A stretch of 64,000 nucleotides of DNA from Phycisphaerales bacterium (lineage in GTDB: Bacteria > Planctomycetota > Phycisphaerae > UBA1845): NCBI GenBank assembly GCA_013140575.1, contig JABFSN010000155.1, positions 2,531 through 66,530 of the forward strand, given 5' to 3'. This document shows, one piece after another, positions 7,902 through 17,970 of this stretch (within the stretch, counting starts at the first letter, position 1; the number at the start of each line of letters is the position of its first letter). The notes under the pieces were generated by a model. That model was not told where the DNA came from, ran no database searches, and saw only the letters and a list, made by a program, of their open reading frames with translations. Made by a program: the position numbers and the translations under genes.

Positions 7902-7931
7902 GACGTTTGGCGACAAGACGTTTGGCGACAA
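7902..7931. repeat. Perfect 15-bp tandem direct repeat x2 (GACGTTTGGCGACAA)
   Basis: Read directly. It lies 17-46 nt upstream of the ABC ATPase start codon on the minus strand and is a possible operator or leader element. Confidence 0.6.
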
Positions 7932-8106
7932 GGCGCTATCAGCCGACCACAAGCCGGATTATAGGTATCCACGGAGCGAGCACAACGCAAGTCACGGCGC
8001 TGGCGACGACAACGATGGTTCGGAGTAGCGGCGCACGTTATTTCGGCGGCGACAGGAAATTACGGTCCATCCGTCTGGCGAGCGAGAGAGCCGTTGCGCG
8101 GACCGG

Positions 8107-9375
8107 TCAGGGCTCCGCTGGATACCGCGGCGAGGGGCGAACGGAAGCGCTTCGGTCGCGCGGGCGGTCGAATTCGAACGGGTGATTCGCCAACAAGTAC
8201 GGTCGATGACGGGCGACGCTGACCAGAAGGGCGACGGCGACGCAGTTGGTCAACAGGCTGCTGCCGCCGTAACTGACGAACGGCAGCGTCATGCCGGTGA
8301 TGGGCATCAACCCCACGGTCATGCCGATGTTTATGATTACCTGTGAGGCGATCAACGCGACCACGCCGACGGCGAGCAGGCGGGCGAAGGGTTCGGTCGT
8401 GGCCGCGGCGATTTCCATGCCGGCCATGACGATGATTGCGTAAAACGCGAGGACCAACAGACACCCGAGCAATCCCCATTGGTGGCCGATGAGCGCGAAG
8501 ACGAAGTCATTGTGCCGGTCGGGCAGAAAATCGTATTCGATGAACGTGCCGCGGCCCCATCCTTCACCGGTAAGGCCGCCGGAGCCGAGGGCCGTCTTGG
8601 AACGAAGCAACTGCATGCCGTCGTCAACGGTCCACTGCCGGGCTTGGCGCGGCGTGGCCAGAAAGCGGTATTTGTCCGGTTCGTCGATGATTCGCTGCCG
8701 CAAAGATTCCGACTGCAACAAGACGCCAAGAATGCGGTCGCGCTGATAGCCACGAATGCCGAACCATGCGATCGGCGCCAAACAGAGCGAGATCAGCAGA
8801 ATGGCCGTCAGATGCCGCGTGCGGGCGCCGGCGGCGAACAGCATGATGAACAACACCGGCGCCATCAGGATGGTCGTACCAAGGTTGGGTTCGAGCAGAA
8901 TCAGGATGGCGGGCGCGGCGGAAGCGATAAATGGAATCAGCAGGCCCGTCAGCGTGCGATAATTCCTGCGATAGCGCAAATAAGCGGCCAGTCCGACGAT
9001 ATAGGCGATCTTGGCGAATTCGGACGGCTGGAATTGGAATCCGGGCAACTGAATCCACCGGTAGGCCCCACGCCGATTGGGAATCAATTCGCCGAAGGAG
9101 ACGTATCGTGCCAGCGCCAACGGAAGCAGCGCGACGACGGCCAATGCGACGACTACCCAGGCGCAACGGGCGAACCATCCGAAACCCAATCGCACGATGA
9201 CCAGTCCGCACAGCGCACCACCCAACAGTGTGGCAAGTTGTTTGACGGTGTAGCGAGGCACGGCCAAATCGGACTCGGTCGCGTAAATGCACAATAACCC
9301 GACGGCCGACAAAGCCAACGCGGCGGTCACAGCCAGGACCGCCGACTGCGGCATTCGCAGCGCGCCACGAATCAC
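8107..9375 (-). CDS. rodA: Peptidoglycan glycosyltransferase RodA (SEDS family, FtsW/RodA/SpoVE)
   Basis: This polytopic membrane protein has PSEFAKI and LPFVSYGGSSLL motifs. Its start overlaps the stop of the PBP2 gene. Confidence 0.85.
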   Translation of the reverse strand: MIRGALRMPQSAVLAVTAALALSAVGLLCIYATESDLAVPRYTVKQLATLLGGALCGLVIVRLGFGWFARCAWVVVALAVVALLPLALARYVSFGELIPNRRGAYRWIQLPGFQFQPSEFAKIAYIVGLAAYLRYRRNYRTLTGLLIPFIASAAPAILILLEPNLGTTILMAPVLFIMLFAAGARTRHLTAILLISLCLAPIAWFGIRGYQRDRILGVLLQSESLRQRIIDEPDKYRFLATPRQARQWTVDDGMQLLRSKTALGSGGLTGEGWGRGTFIEYDFLPDRHNDFVFALIGHQWGLLGCLLVLAFYAIIVMAGMEIAAATTEPFARLLAVGVVALIASQVIINIGMTVGLMPITGMTLPFVSYGGSSLLTNCVAVALLVSVARHRPYLLANHPFEFDRPRDRSASVRPSPRYPAEP

Positions 9376-11474
9376 GACGGTTGGCCCCCGTTCACTGTTT
9401 GGGTGGCCAGTTCACCCAGAAGCAGATCGAAAAGCATCTGCGCAATGTCGCGGGCGATCGGTCCGCTGACATGTCCGCCGCTGCCTCCAAATTCGACCAG
9501 CACGACGAACGCAAACCTTGGCGGCGTATTCCAGTCCGGCCGCCCCGACGTGTCCAGCCGTTGCAGGTAACCGCCGAACCAGGCGTGCGCGTATTTCTCG
9601 TCGGACTGAGTGCCGGCGGGCGGGAAGAGCGACTCCACGACCACGTCCTTTTCAGCATCGAATTCAGCCGAGGGAAACCGTTCCCGAAATGCGTCGACGG
9701 CGTCGCGCTTTAACGCAGCCGGCAAAGCGACCGATTGGGAGTTGCCGTTTGCGTTCCGGTAATCAATGCGATAGTGCGTGGGTTTGGGTGGTGTTGTGGC
9801 GCTTCCGGTCTTGCCGCACAGAGCGAACCGTTCGTTCGCCCAGTGCGCGGTAACGTAGGCCGTCCCCTCGGTGTCGTTGGTGACCTGAAACATTCCTTCA
9901 CGCACGGCACGCCATGCGTCCGCGTGGATGGGAAGACGCAGGGCCCTGGGTTCGCCCAGCCCACGGATCAGTTGCGTCGGTTTCCAGATGCCCGAGGCAT
10001 AGACCGCAAACAGATTGGCCGCCTGCAACGGCGAGACGACAAGTTCGCCCTGACCGATGGCGTAGTTGCGGGCGTCGCCGGGCGACAGCGGCGCCTGTCG
10101 GTATAGCGCGAGCCATTCGGGCGTGGGGTTAATTCCGAACCGCTCTTCGCGAAGTCCGGTGCCGGCGAGGTGTCCCAGACCGGCCCATTCGAAGCTGCGG
10201 CAAAGCCGTTCCACGCCGACCGCGTCGCCGAGATGGTACATGAAGATATTGCAACTCCCGCGCAGGGCGGACGTCGCGGTTACGTCCCCGTGTGCCTTGC
10301 GTTGTCCCGTGACCGTGCTCTCCCAGCAGCGGTAGCGGTCCCGCACGTTTTCCAGATAATACCCGTCACAATGAAACGTCGACTCCGTATTTATGACGCC
10401 GCTCGCCAAACCGGCCAGGCAGGTCATCGGCTTGACGATTGAGCCCGGATGATAGACGTTTGCCACCGGGCGGAAGCGCAGCGGCTCGAATCGCACGTCA
10501 TTGCGCAGGTCCGAATAGAGACGGCGAAACAGATTAGCGTCGTAGCCCGGGTAAGACACCAGCGCGAGAATCTCCCGCGACTCGACGTCCAGCACCACCA
10601 CGCTGCCCCCGGCGGGATGGGGGCATAATTGCGGAATGCGCTCATCGAGCAGTTCGTAGAGCCGCTCCTGCAAGTCCATGCGGATCGTAAGCGTCACGTC
10701 GCGGCCGGATAGGGGCTTGATGTCTTCCATGGTCCGTCCATTGCGCGACTGTTGGATCCGCCCCCGGCGGCCGCGAAGAAGGCGCTCAGCCGCGTATTCA
10801 ACGCCGGACACGCCGCGGGATTCGATCGGCTCGTATCGTGACAGTGGATCGTCAGATGCCGGGTCATTCATCAGATCGTCGGGGCCGACGGCGCCCAATT
10901 GTCCGACGATGTGCGGCAGTGACGGACTGGAATGATAGACGCGCACCGTACCGTCCGTGACGTGCGCGGACGGCGTCGCGGCGAAGCGTTCGCGGGCGGC
11001 GACCTGCATCTGGTCGTCGAGCGCCGTTAGTATGGGGTGGGGCATGCGTTGCTCGCGAATTGGCACGGGATAGCCGGCGGCGGCGCTGACCCGGTCCGCC
11101 CAATTTTCAACGCGCGCGGCTATATCACGCGCACGCTGGTGCAGGACATCCATGGATTCACCCCGAAAGGCGGACAGGCGAATCCACAACGGGGGAACGG
11201 TGCGCACCGGTTCGCGTCGCGCCTCTTCGACGATTGCGTCGTAGTCCACCGCCACCTGCCAACAAGGTTGATCGGCGGCCAATACCGCTCCGAACCGGTC
11301 CAGGATGCGCCCGCGAACGAACGGTAACGGCTGTGCCGGGCGAAGCAGAACGGCGTCCGCCTGCGTACGATAATCACCGGCATGAAGCACCTGCAAATCG
11401 ACAAGGCGGGCGACGATAACCAGCAGCGCGGCGGCAAGAACGATCAAGACGATTTTTAATCGGCGATCAAACAT
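9372..11474 (-). CDS. mrdA: Penicillin-binding protein 2 (elongasome transpeptidase)
   Basis: It has an N-terminal TM anchor, SxxK (SIVK), SxN (SCN) and KTG (KTGSAT) motifs, and sits in mreD-mrdA-rodA synteny. Confidence 0.9.
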   Translation of the reverse strand: MFDRRLKIVLIVLAAALLVIVARLVDLQVLHAGDYRTQADAVLLRPAQPLPFVRGRILDRFGAVLAADQPCWQVAVDYDAIVEEARREPVRTVPPLWIRLSAFRGESMDVLHQRARDIAARVENWADRVSAAAGYPVPIREQRMPHPILTALDDQMQVAARERFAATPSAHVTDGTVRVYHSSPSLPHIVGQLGAVGPDDLMNDPASDDPLSRYEPIESRGVSGVEYAAERLLRGRRGRIQQSRNGRTMEDIKPLSGRDVTLTIRMDLQERLYELLDERIPQLCPHPAGGSVVVLDVESREILALVSYPGYDANLFRRLYSDLRNDVRFEPLRFRPVANVYHPGSIVKPMTCLAGLASGVINTESTFHCDGYYLENVRDRYRCWESTVTGQRKAHGDVTATSALRGSCNIFMYHLGDAVGVERLCRSFEWAGLGHLAGTGLREERFGINPTPEWLALYRQAPLSPGDARNYAIGQGELVVSPLQAANLFAVYASGIWKPTQLIRGLGEPRALRLPIHADAWRAVREGMFQVTNDTEGTAYVTAHWANERFALCGKTGSATTPPKPTHYRIDYRNANGNSQSVALPAALKRDAVDAFRERFPSAEFDAEKDVVVESLFPPAGTQSDEKYAHAWFGGYLQRLDTSGRPDWNTPPRFAFVVLVEFGGSGGHVSGPIARDIAQMLFDLLLGELATQTVNGGQPS

Positions 11475-12009
11475 GGGGACCCCGTCTTCGAGGCGGGTTG
11501 GAATCCGGAGCGCGCGATACGCGCAGGCCGAGGATCGCGGCCAGACGCAACAGTATGGCGTCGATGGGGATGGCCCACGCGCAGGAATAGACCACGTGCC
11601 CCGCGTCGGACAGAACCGCGCGAATCGACGCGCCCATCGGCAACGGAAAGACGGCGGCCCGGTAGAGCGTCAGTCCTGCGTACACGAAGACGCCGATGAG
11701 CGCGGTAACCGCGAAATGCGTGGCCGCGTTTCTGAGATAGACCGCGTCCCGAATGCCGTTCGCGGCCAGGGCCGAGAACGCGTAGGCCGCGGACATGACG
11801 CCCGGGCGTTCGATGCTCAGCAGATCGGCCAGGACGCCCAGTGCCCATCCGCAGATCAACGCCTCCCGGCGGCGGCCATACAACCCGAAAAAGACGGTCA
11901 AGACCAGCAGCCAATCGGGGCGGATGGCGCCGATTGCGACCCGCGACGCCAGCGTGGTTTGCGCCGCCGCCGCCAACAAACCCACAATGGCCACAACGGA
12001 CCAGTTCAT
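11467..12009 (-). CDS. mreD: Rod shape-determining protein MreD
   Basis: It is a 180-aa, ~5-TM small membrane protein immediately upstream of and overlapping mrdA. The call rests mainly on position, size and topology. Confidence 0.6.
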   Translation of the reverse strand: MNWSVVAIVGLLAAAAQTTLASRVAIGAIRPDWLLVLTVFFGLYGRRREALICGWALGVLADLLSIERPGVMSAAYAFSALAANGIRDAVYLRNAATHFAVTALIGVFVYAGLTLYRAAVFPLPMGASIRAVLSDAGHVVYSCAWAIPIDAILLRLAAILGLRVSRAPDSNPPRRRGPHV

Positions 12010-13118
12010 GAGCCGCCTCGTCCGTCGGCCGCGGGCGAATTTCCGGCGAATGGCGATTGATGGTCCGGGACGCCGCCCACAATCTCAAGCACCGCGTCCG
12101 CTGCGGCCAGTTGCACGCGTGGATCCGAGTTCGACTCCAGTGTCCGGCGCAGCGCGCCCAGTGCGTGTCGATCGCCGATGGCGCCCAATGCAACGGCCGC
12201 CAGCTGCCGCACGCGCATGATTTGCTCCGCGGGCGGGTCGCCGGGAACCCTTGGCCGGGGTTCGTTGAATGTGAGTGCCGCCGCCGCCAATGCAAAGCCG
12301 TCGTTGCGTCCGAGCCGGCCCAGGGCGGCCGCGGCCGCAAGACGCACTTCAAGATATTCCCCGCTTTCCAGAGAATATTGAAACGTCGCCGCCAAAGACG
12401 GTCGGCGCAGCCGAGCGAGGGCGTTCAGAGCGCGGACACGCACCGGCCCGAGTCCGGAGTTGGACCAGAACACCAGCTGTTGAACGGCCTCTTCATTGCC
12501 CAGCCGGGCCATTGATTCCAATGCCTGTCGGCGAATGCCCTCGTCGCGATCCGTCATGGCCCTGGCCAGCAGACCGGCGGCGCCCGTCTCGTCGAGTATT
12601 CCCAGAAGAAACGCGGCGTCACGGCGTACATCCGCGGAATCGTGTCGCAACATCATGGACGCGAATTCGCCGGTTCGGCCGGTGTCACCAAGACGGTGCA
12701 AAGCGTAAAGGGCGGACAGGCGCACACCGGCGTCCGCGTCATCCGCGAAGGGCAGAACCCATTCGCGTGCATCCGCGTCGCCGGCCATTCCCAGTGCGAT
12801 CAATGCCGCGAAGCGCACCCCGGGCGACGGATCCTGCAAAGACGACCGAAACCATTCGATCGCCGCTGCACCGCAATGCCGCTGCATCACTTCAATGCCG
12901 GCGGCGCGCACGCTGCCGGCCTCTGTGTAGCGTACGGCCTGTTTGACGACCTCCACGCAGCGATCGCGAAGCACAAGTTCTTCGCGAAGCGTCAGCGGGG
13001 TCTGCGAGGGCGCGATGCACCCTGCGAGCGAAGACGCAGTGCACACCAGCGCCAGGAACGCATAGCCGCGTCGCCGCCGCCTGCGACGAGAATGGATGCG
13101 ATCGGCCCGTCCGGTCAT
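12006..13118 (-). CDS. HEAT (PBS-lyase type) repeat lipoprotein
   Basis: The lipobox-like signal is LALVCTASSLAGC. Repeated D.D..VR..A..ALG..GD motifs occur, for example DPSPGVRFAALIALGMAGD and DADAGVRLSALYALHRLGD. It overlaps lnt and mreD by 4 nt each. Confidence 0.75.
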   Translation of the reverse strand: MTGRADRIHSRRRRRRRGYAFLALVCTASSLAGCIAPSQTPLTLREELVLRDRCVEVVKQAVRYTEAGSVRAAGIEVMQRHCGAAAIEWFRSSLQDPSPGVRFAALIALGMAGDADAREWVLPFADDADAGVRLSALYALHRLGDTGRTGEFASMMLRHDSADVRRDAAFLLGILDETGAAGLLARAMTDRDEGIRRQALESMARLGNEEAVQQLVFWSNSGLGPVRVRALNALARLRRPSLAATFQYSLESGEYLEVRLAAAAALGRLGRNDGFALAAAALTFNEPRPRVPGDPPAEQIMRVRQLAAVALGAIGDRHALGALRRTLESNSDPRVQLAAADAVLEIVGGVPDHQSPFAGNSPAADGRGGS

Positions 13119-14917
13119 TGCGGCGACACCTCCCTCGTCGCGGACCGCGCCGACAAAATACGGGCGAGGATGTAATCAAGATACAACAGCAACCAAACCA
13201 CCGCGCAGGCGATCGCGAACACGTCGCCGATCCGCGAATAGAGCGACGAGCGTGTGTCAACGGCGACTCGGGCAACGAGATGGCCGACCTGCCCGACTCC
13301 CAATGCATCGTGCGCCCGGCCGTCGGGCCGGATAAACCCGCTGATGCCGGTATTGACGGTGCGGGCGATGCCGACGCGGTTCTCGACCGCGCGAAACGTG
13401 CATATGGCGAAGTGTTGTTGCAGTTCGTGGCCGTGGAGAAACCAGCCGTCGTTGCTGATGTTGAGCAGAAAATCGACGCGCTTCCCGGGAATCGCGGCAT
13501 CGTGAACGAACCGCCGGCAGACGTAGGGCATCACGTCTTCATAGCAGATCAGCACGCCGAATCGAAACGATTCGCCGATGCGGGTCCGCATTTGGAACAC
13601 TTCCACGTCGTCGCCGGGAGTCAAAGAGTATTCGTAACCTTCCGCGCCGAACGGAGACAGCGCATTCAGCCAGAAATAGAGCGCGCGCAAACGGCCGTAG
13701 CGGAACGGAACGGTCTCGCCGAACAACACGGGATGGATTTTGTCATGGCGGTTCGGCTCCGATCCGCCGGGCTTGAAATGAAACGCGGAATTGTGCAGGA
13801 TTTGCGTGCCCTTCAAACTGAGCGGCGTCGGCGTCACCGACATGCTGCCGATCACGATCGACGCGCCGGTTTCGGTCGCCCACGACTGCAGCAGATCATA
13901 GCATTCCACGCTAAAGGCGAGCACTCCCCGCAGCGCCGGGTTTCTCAATTCCGATTGAGCCTGATCGCGGTATTCCTTGTTCAAGTACATCCACGCCCAC
14001 GCCGTTTCCGGAAACAAGTACAAGTCCGGCGCGCCGGGCAGCGCGGCGCGCATCAAATCGAAATACATCGATCGCTTCTCGTGGGGTCCGGGTTCGTCGC
14101 GCGACTGGTCGCGTTCCGTGTAATTCGGGTGATCGTGTTGCAGCAGTGCGATCGCGGGGCCGTCCGAAATAGTGTCCTGATTCAGTCGATAGACGCCGTA
14201 GACGACGGTCAGAACCAGAAGGGCAAGCGCCGTGACGGCGCCCCTGCGGGCCCGCCGCCGCTGGCTCCTTGCCAGGTCCGATTGCCCCTGCCGATACCGC
14301 GCGAAGATCAGGTCCGCGATTGCGCCGTTCACCGCCGCCAGTACGAACGTCACGCCGTAGGCGCCGACCAGATCACTGATCTGAATGACCGGCAATATCC
14401 GGTACTGACTGTGTGCCAGAAAAAACCAGGGAAAGCCCGATAAGACAAGACCGCGGAGAAATTCCGCCCCCACCCACACTACGGGTACGGCGATCGCCAG
14501 CGGAATGCGCCGGCGTCGCACCGCGTGTCGAATGGGGCACGCCGCCAGGGGAAAATAGCAGGCCAGATACGCCGACAGCGCCACGTAGCCCACACCCGTG
14601 GGAGCGTACATCCAGCGCATGTTGATCAGAAAAAAGGCGAAACCCAGCACCCAGGCGAAGACGTAGACGCGCCGCGCCAGCGCCGTCCCGCCGATCACGA
14701 TCAGCCATGGCACCAGACACACATAAGCGAGATACCATTGGTCGAGCGGCGCCGGAATCAAACTCGTGAACAGCAGGGAAAGCGATAGCAGACCGGCCAC
14801 CGCCCAACGCGAGTGAATCTGAAAACCCAGGTGCGGCGGTTGCGGGGCACCGGGAAGCACGGCGCTGCGAGCGGTCTCGAGCGGCCGATCGCCGACCGCG
14901 GACCGCCGTCCGGTCAT
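13115..14917 (-). CDS. lnt: Apolipoprotein N-acyltransferase
   Basis: It has a multi-TM N-terminal half and a C-terminal CN-hydrolase domain with VLICYEDVMP (catalytic Cys). The ORF extends to 15055, but that would overlap moeA by 89 nt, so the ATG at 14917 is preferred. The start remains uncertain. Confidence 0.82.
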   Translation of the reverse strand: MTGRRSAVGDRPLETARSAVLPGAPQPPHLGFQIHSRWAVAGLLSLSLLFTSLIPAPLDQWYLAYVCLVPWLIVIGGTALARRVYVFAWVLGFAFFLINMRWMYAPTGVGYVALSAYLACYFPLAACPIRHAVRRRRIPLAIAVPVVWVGAEFLRGLVLSGFPWFFLAHSQYRILPVIQISDLVGAYGVTFVLAAVNGAIADLIFARYRQGQSDLARSQRRRARRGAVTALALLVLTVVYGVYRLNQDTISDGPAIALLQHDHPNYTERDQSRDEPGPHEKRSMYFDLMRAALPGAPDLYLFPETAWAWMYLNKEYRDQAQSELRNPALRGVLAFSVECYDLLQSWATETGASIVIGSMSVTPTPLSLKGTQILHNSAFHFKPGGSEPNRHDKIHPVLFGETVPFRYGRLRALYFWLNALSPFGAEGYEYSLTPGDDVEVFQMRTRIGESFRFGVLICYEDVMPYVCRRFVHDAAIPGKRVDFLLNISNDGWFLHGHELQQHFAICTFRAVENRVGIARTVNTGISGFIRPDGRAHDALGVGQVGHLVARVAVDTRSSLYSRIGDVFAIACAVVWLLLYLDYILARILSARSATREVSPQ

Positions 14918-14966
14918 GTCCGCCTCGCCTCTCACTGCGATTCCCCGTGCTCGAACCATGCGTTCT

Positions 14967-16193
14967 TCATTCGTAGCCGTGTTCCAACGGATGGACCCGG
15001 ACATCGGCGCCGGCAGACGCTTCACCCGTGTGGGGCGGGCGCGCCACCAGTGCATTGGCGGCGCCGAATCCGAACAGATCGCCGGACCCGTTCCACGGTA
15101 CCAACGCCACGCGCCATTCGCCGGCGTCAGTCAACGCCAACCGCGCCGGCAGAAACGCCGCCCGATCGGCCGTCGCCGGACATCGACCGTCAAGCCGCGC
15201 GGACACGAGCATTCCGATTCCGCCCGGCAGTCCGCACATCACCCGAATCGCGGGGCGCACCAGCAGCCAATAGGCCACGAAACATCCGACCGGGTTCCCG
15301 GCCAGTGCAAACACGCGGCATCCCGACTGATGAACGCCGAACAGACCCGGTTTTCCCGGCCGAATGGCCCATTTACGGATCATCACCTGGACGCCCAGCC
15401 CGGCCAGAACCTCCGGCACCAGGTCTAACGTCCCCATCGAAACTCCACCGGAGATGCAAAACACGTCGGCGTCCAATCCCCGTGCCATGCGCTCCCGCAA
15501 CGCCGGTCGCTCATCCGGACACGCGCCCAGATCAACCGGCGATATGCCGTCTGACCGCAGCAGGGCGTTCAACATCGGTCCGTTCGAATTGCGAATCCGT
15601 CCCGGTCCCGGTGTCTGCGACACGTCGACCAGTTCATTGCCCGTGACCAGAATCGCAACGCGCGGCCGGCGGTAGACGACAACTTCGGCGGCGCCGACCG
15701 CTGCGGCAACCGCCATCCGAGCCGGCGTCATTCGTTGGCCCGCTGTGATGACGACATCACCGGCGTGGACGTAGCGTCCACGCGATTCAACATGCGCACC
15801 GGTCATTACCGTCGACCGAATGGAAACGAACGACCCGCCGCCGCCGATTTCCACGTTTTCCACGGGTACTACCGCGGTCGTTCCCGGTGGAACCGCCGCG
15901 CCGGTGTTGATCTGGACAGCCTCGCCGCCGGCGAGGGCCCGCTCGAACACCGAGCCGGCCGCGACCTGCCCGACGATGTGAAACCGCGTCTGCCCCGACG
16001 GATCGTGGATCGCGAAACCATCCATCATCGACTTGTCGAACGGCGGGTAGTCCGTGTCGCAGACGACGGGTTCGGCCGTCACCCGATCGAGCGCGTCGGC
16101 GAGCGGGACGCGCTCGGTTCCCAGGGTTGACACGTGCCGCAACACCACCGTTTGGGCGGTTTCGATCGCGGCCAAGGTGATCGGCGCTTCCAT
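14967..16193 (-). CDS. moeA: Molybdopterin molybdotransferase
   Basis: PPFDKSMMDGFAI...QINTGAAVPPG...VAILVTGNEL...SGGVSMG; the length of 408 aa fits MoeA. Confidence 0.9.
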   Translation of the reverse strand: MEAPITLAAIETAQTVVLRHVSTLGTERVPLADALDRVTAEPVVCDTDYPPFDKSMMDGFAIHDPSGQTRFHIVGQVAAGSVFERALAGGEAVQINTGAAVPPGTTAVVPVENVEIGGGGSFVSIRSTVMTGAHVESRGRYVHAGDVVITAGQRMTPARMAVAAAVGAAEVVVYRRPRVAILVTGNELVDVSQTPGPGRIRNSNGPMLNALLRSDGISPVDLGACPDERPALRERMARGLDADVFCISGGVSMGTLDLVPEVLAGLGVQVMIRKWAIRPGKPGLFGVHQSGCRVFALAGNPVGCFVAYWLLVRPAIRVMCGLPGGIGMLVSARLDGRCPATADRAAFLPARLALTDAGEWRVALVPWNGSGDLFGFGAANALVARPPHTGEASAGADVRVHPLEHGYE

Positions 16194-16314
16194 GCGCTCA
16201 TTCTGGTACCATCCCGACGAGCGGTCAAACGACCGTTGCGTCGTGCGCCGTCCGCTCGAATCGGTGTGACCAGGCGGGATCGCTTTCGCAGCGATCTCCC
16301 GTGCGGAGACATTC

Positions 16315-17586
16315 GTGATGCCACCAACCCGAACGACCCAACGCGTTGCGACAAGTCGCGGTCATGTAGTTCGCGCGATCCGCTGGACCACCATCATCGC
16401 CATGGCCGCGCCGGCGTTCGCCCAACCCGACCGCCACAATGGCCGGTTGGAAAAAATCGGATCGTTCCGCGTGCTGCGGGTGTGGGGCGAACCCGATGAA
16501 ATGGGATTCGCCCACGGCTTCCTCGTCGGAAAGGATATCGTCTCTGACCTGAACGTGATCATCCCCGCATTCTTCAATGGCGACGTGCAGCGCTACGAAC
16601 AGTCGTTACCGGGGCTACGGCAGTTCATCAACATTCCCGACCGCCCATTGGCCGAAATCAAGGGCATTTTCCGCGGAATCACCGAAGCCGCCGGCGCCGC
16701 ACCGGAAGTGCCGGTCCTGAAACGCCCGTTGACGCTCGACGACCTGATCTGGTTCAACGCCCTCGATGTCCTGCGCGCGTTCGGCTGCTCGGGTTTCACG
16801 GTCTGGGGCGACCGGGCCGGCGAATTCGGCGTCATCACCGCCCGCAACTTCGATTTCACGCCATTCGCCCCCACGGTCGTCGAACACCATCTGATCCTCG
16901 TCCGTGAACCCGCGGGACGGCATCGGGTAATGTCCATCACGTTCCCCGGGTACGTCGGCGCGTTCACCGCCATCAACGACGCGGGGGCCGCGGTATTCAT
17001 TCACGACGGCAGCGCCCCGTCGGCCGAAAAACCCGACGGTCGCTATCGGCCGCTGGTGCTCGCCATTCAGGAAATCCTTGAAACCAGCGAGCCGGACAAC
17101 GTTTTTCAACGGGCCCGCGATGAACTGGCCCGCGACCCCAGCCCGTTCAGCTACATGGTCCGCGTGGTCATTCCCTTCGTGCCGGCCGCACCCGCGCCGG
17201 TCGTGGTGTTACGGACGGACCCGACGGGCGTGGGCGTGAACCCCATTCGCGAAGAGATCTGCATCACCACCAACCATTACCTGAACGATGCGTTCCAACC
17301 GCCGTCGGCCGACTACCCGAATTCCACGAATCGCTACCGCATATTGGAGAGCCGTGTGGGCGAAATCGTGACGCCCGAGACCGCATGGCAGGCGCTGGCT
17401 GCCGTGGCCGTCGCCGACACATCCTGCGGCACGCTGCACAGCCTCGTGTACCTGCCGGAACGGCGGCGTATCGACCTGGCGTTCGCGACATGGCAGGGGT
17501 CGTTCGTGCCGGCGACACGGATGAAGCCGGTCAGCATCGCATTTGGTGAGTTGTTTCCCGAGCCGCACGATCGAAGGCGCCGCTGA
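16315..17586 (+). CDS. Secreted Ntn-hydrolase-like protein (peptidase C45 / acyl-CoA:6-APA acyltransferase-like)
   Basis: It has a signal peptide (IIAMAAPAFAQP), a candidate autoprocessing/nucleophile site AFGCSGFTVWG, and an ARNFDF motif as in C45/choloylglycine-type Ntn hydrolases. This assignment is from motif memory only. Confidence 0.45.
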   Translation: MMPPTRTTQRVATSRGHVVRAIRWTTIIAMAAPAFAQPDRHNGRLEKIGSFRVLRVWGEPDEMGFAHGFLVGKDIVSDLNVIIPAFFNGDVQRYEQSLPGLRQFINIPDRPLAEIKGIFRGITEAAGAAPEVPVLKRPLTLDDLIWFNALDVLRAFGCSGFTVWGDRAGEFGVITARNFDFTPFAPTVVEHHLILVREPAGRHRVMSITFPGYVGAFTAINDAGAAVFIHDGSAPSAEKPDGRYRPLVLAIQEILETSEPDNVFQRARDELARDPSPFSYMVRVVIPFVPAAPAPVVVLRTDPTGVGVNPIREEICITTNHYLNDAFQPPSADYPNSTNRYRILESRVGEIVTPETAWQALAAVAVADTSCGTLHSLVYLPERRRIDLAFATWQGSFVPATRMKPVSIAFGELFPEPHDRRRR

Positions 17587-17758
17587 TGGTTCGGCGACGC
17601 CCGACGCGCCCGGTTTGCAACACGCGTGCCGCCCGCTAAAATACAACCCGTGGCATGGGCTGCGGGGGTCGCGCGGACCGGTTTCACGCCCGTCGCGCGG
17701 CGGCCGCGGGCACCGGTGGGTGAGCGGCGAACGAGTCGGTTGGTAAGCGGAATCCTGA

Positions 17759-17831
17759 TGGGCTGTGGTGCAATTGGTAGCACGTCTGACTCTGGATCAG
17801 AAGGTTCTAGGTTCGAGTCCTAGCAGCCCAG
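17759..17831 (+). tRNA. tRNA-Gln (anticodon CTG)
   Basis: Hand-folded cloverleaf. The acceptor is TGGGCTG/CAGCCCA (U1-A72, discriminator G). The D arm is GTGC-AATTGGTA-GCAC. The anticodon arm is TCTGA-CTCTGGA-TCAGA. The variable loop is AGGTT and the T arm is CTAGG-TTCGAGT-CCTAG. CCA is not encoded and a T6 run follows. Confidence 0.9.
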
Positions 17832-17970
17832 TTTTTTGAGATCCCCCGCCGACCGGGCCACACGCGGTTCTTCGACCCGTGTGACCGAGCTCCAGCGCTG
17901 TCGATAAAACGCTGGTCTGGCGTGAACACTGGGTCACACAAACTGCAAAGTTTTCTGCGAGAAGACTCGT

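Noticed and set aside
16194-16314. Possible Moco riboswitch in the moeA leader. On the minus strand there are two adjacent hairpins, tctcc-gcacg-ggaga and gatcgct-gcgaa-agcgatc, followed by ccgcctgg.
   Set aside because: I cannot reproduce the multi-stem Moco consensus from memory with confidence, and the region is only ~120 nt and shared with a divergent promoter. It needs an Infernal scan with RF01055, so it is not reported as a feature.
17615-17642. A sigma70-like promoter (TTGCAA, 16 nt, TAAAAT) upstream of tRNA-Gln.
   Set aside because: The hexamers are good, but the predicted start would be ~110 nt before the mature tRNA 5' end, and promoter consensus in this lineage is uncertain. It is not listed as a feature.
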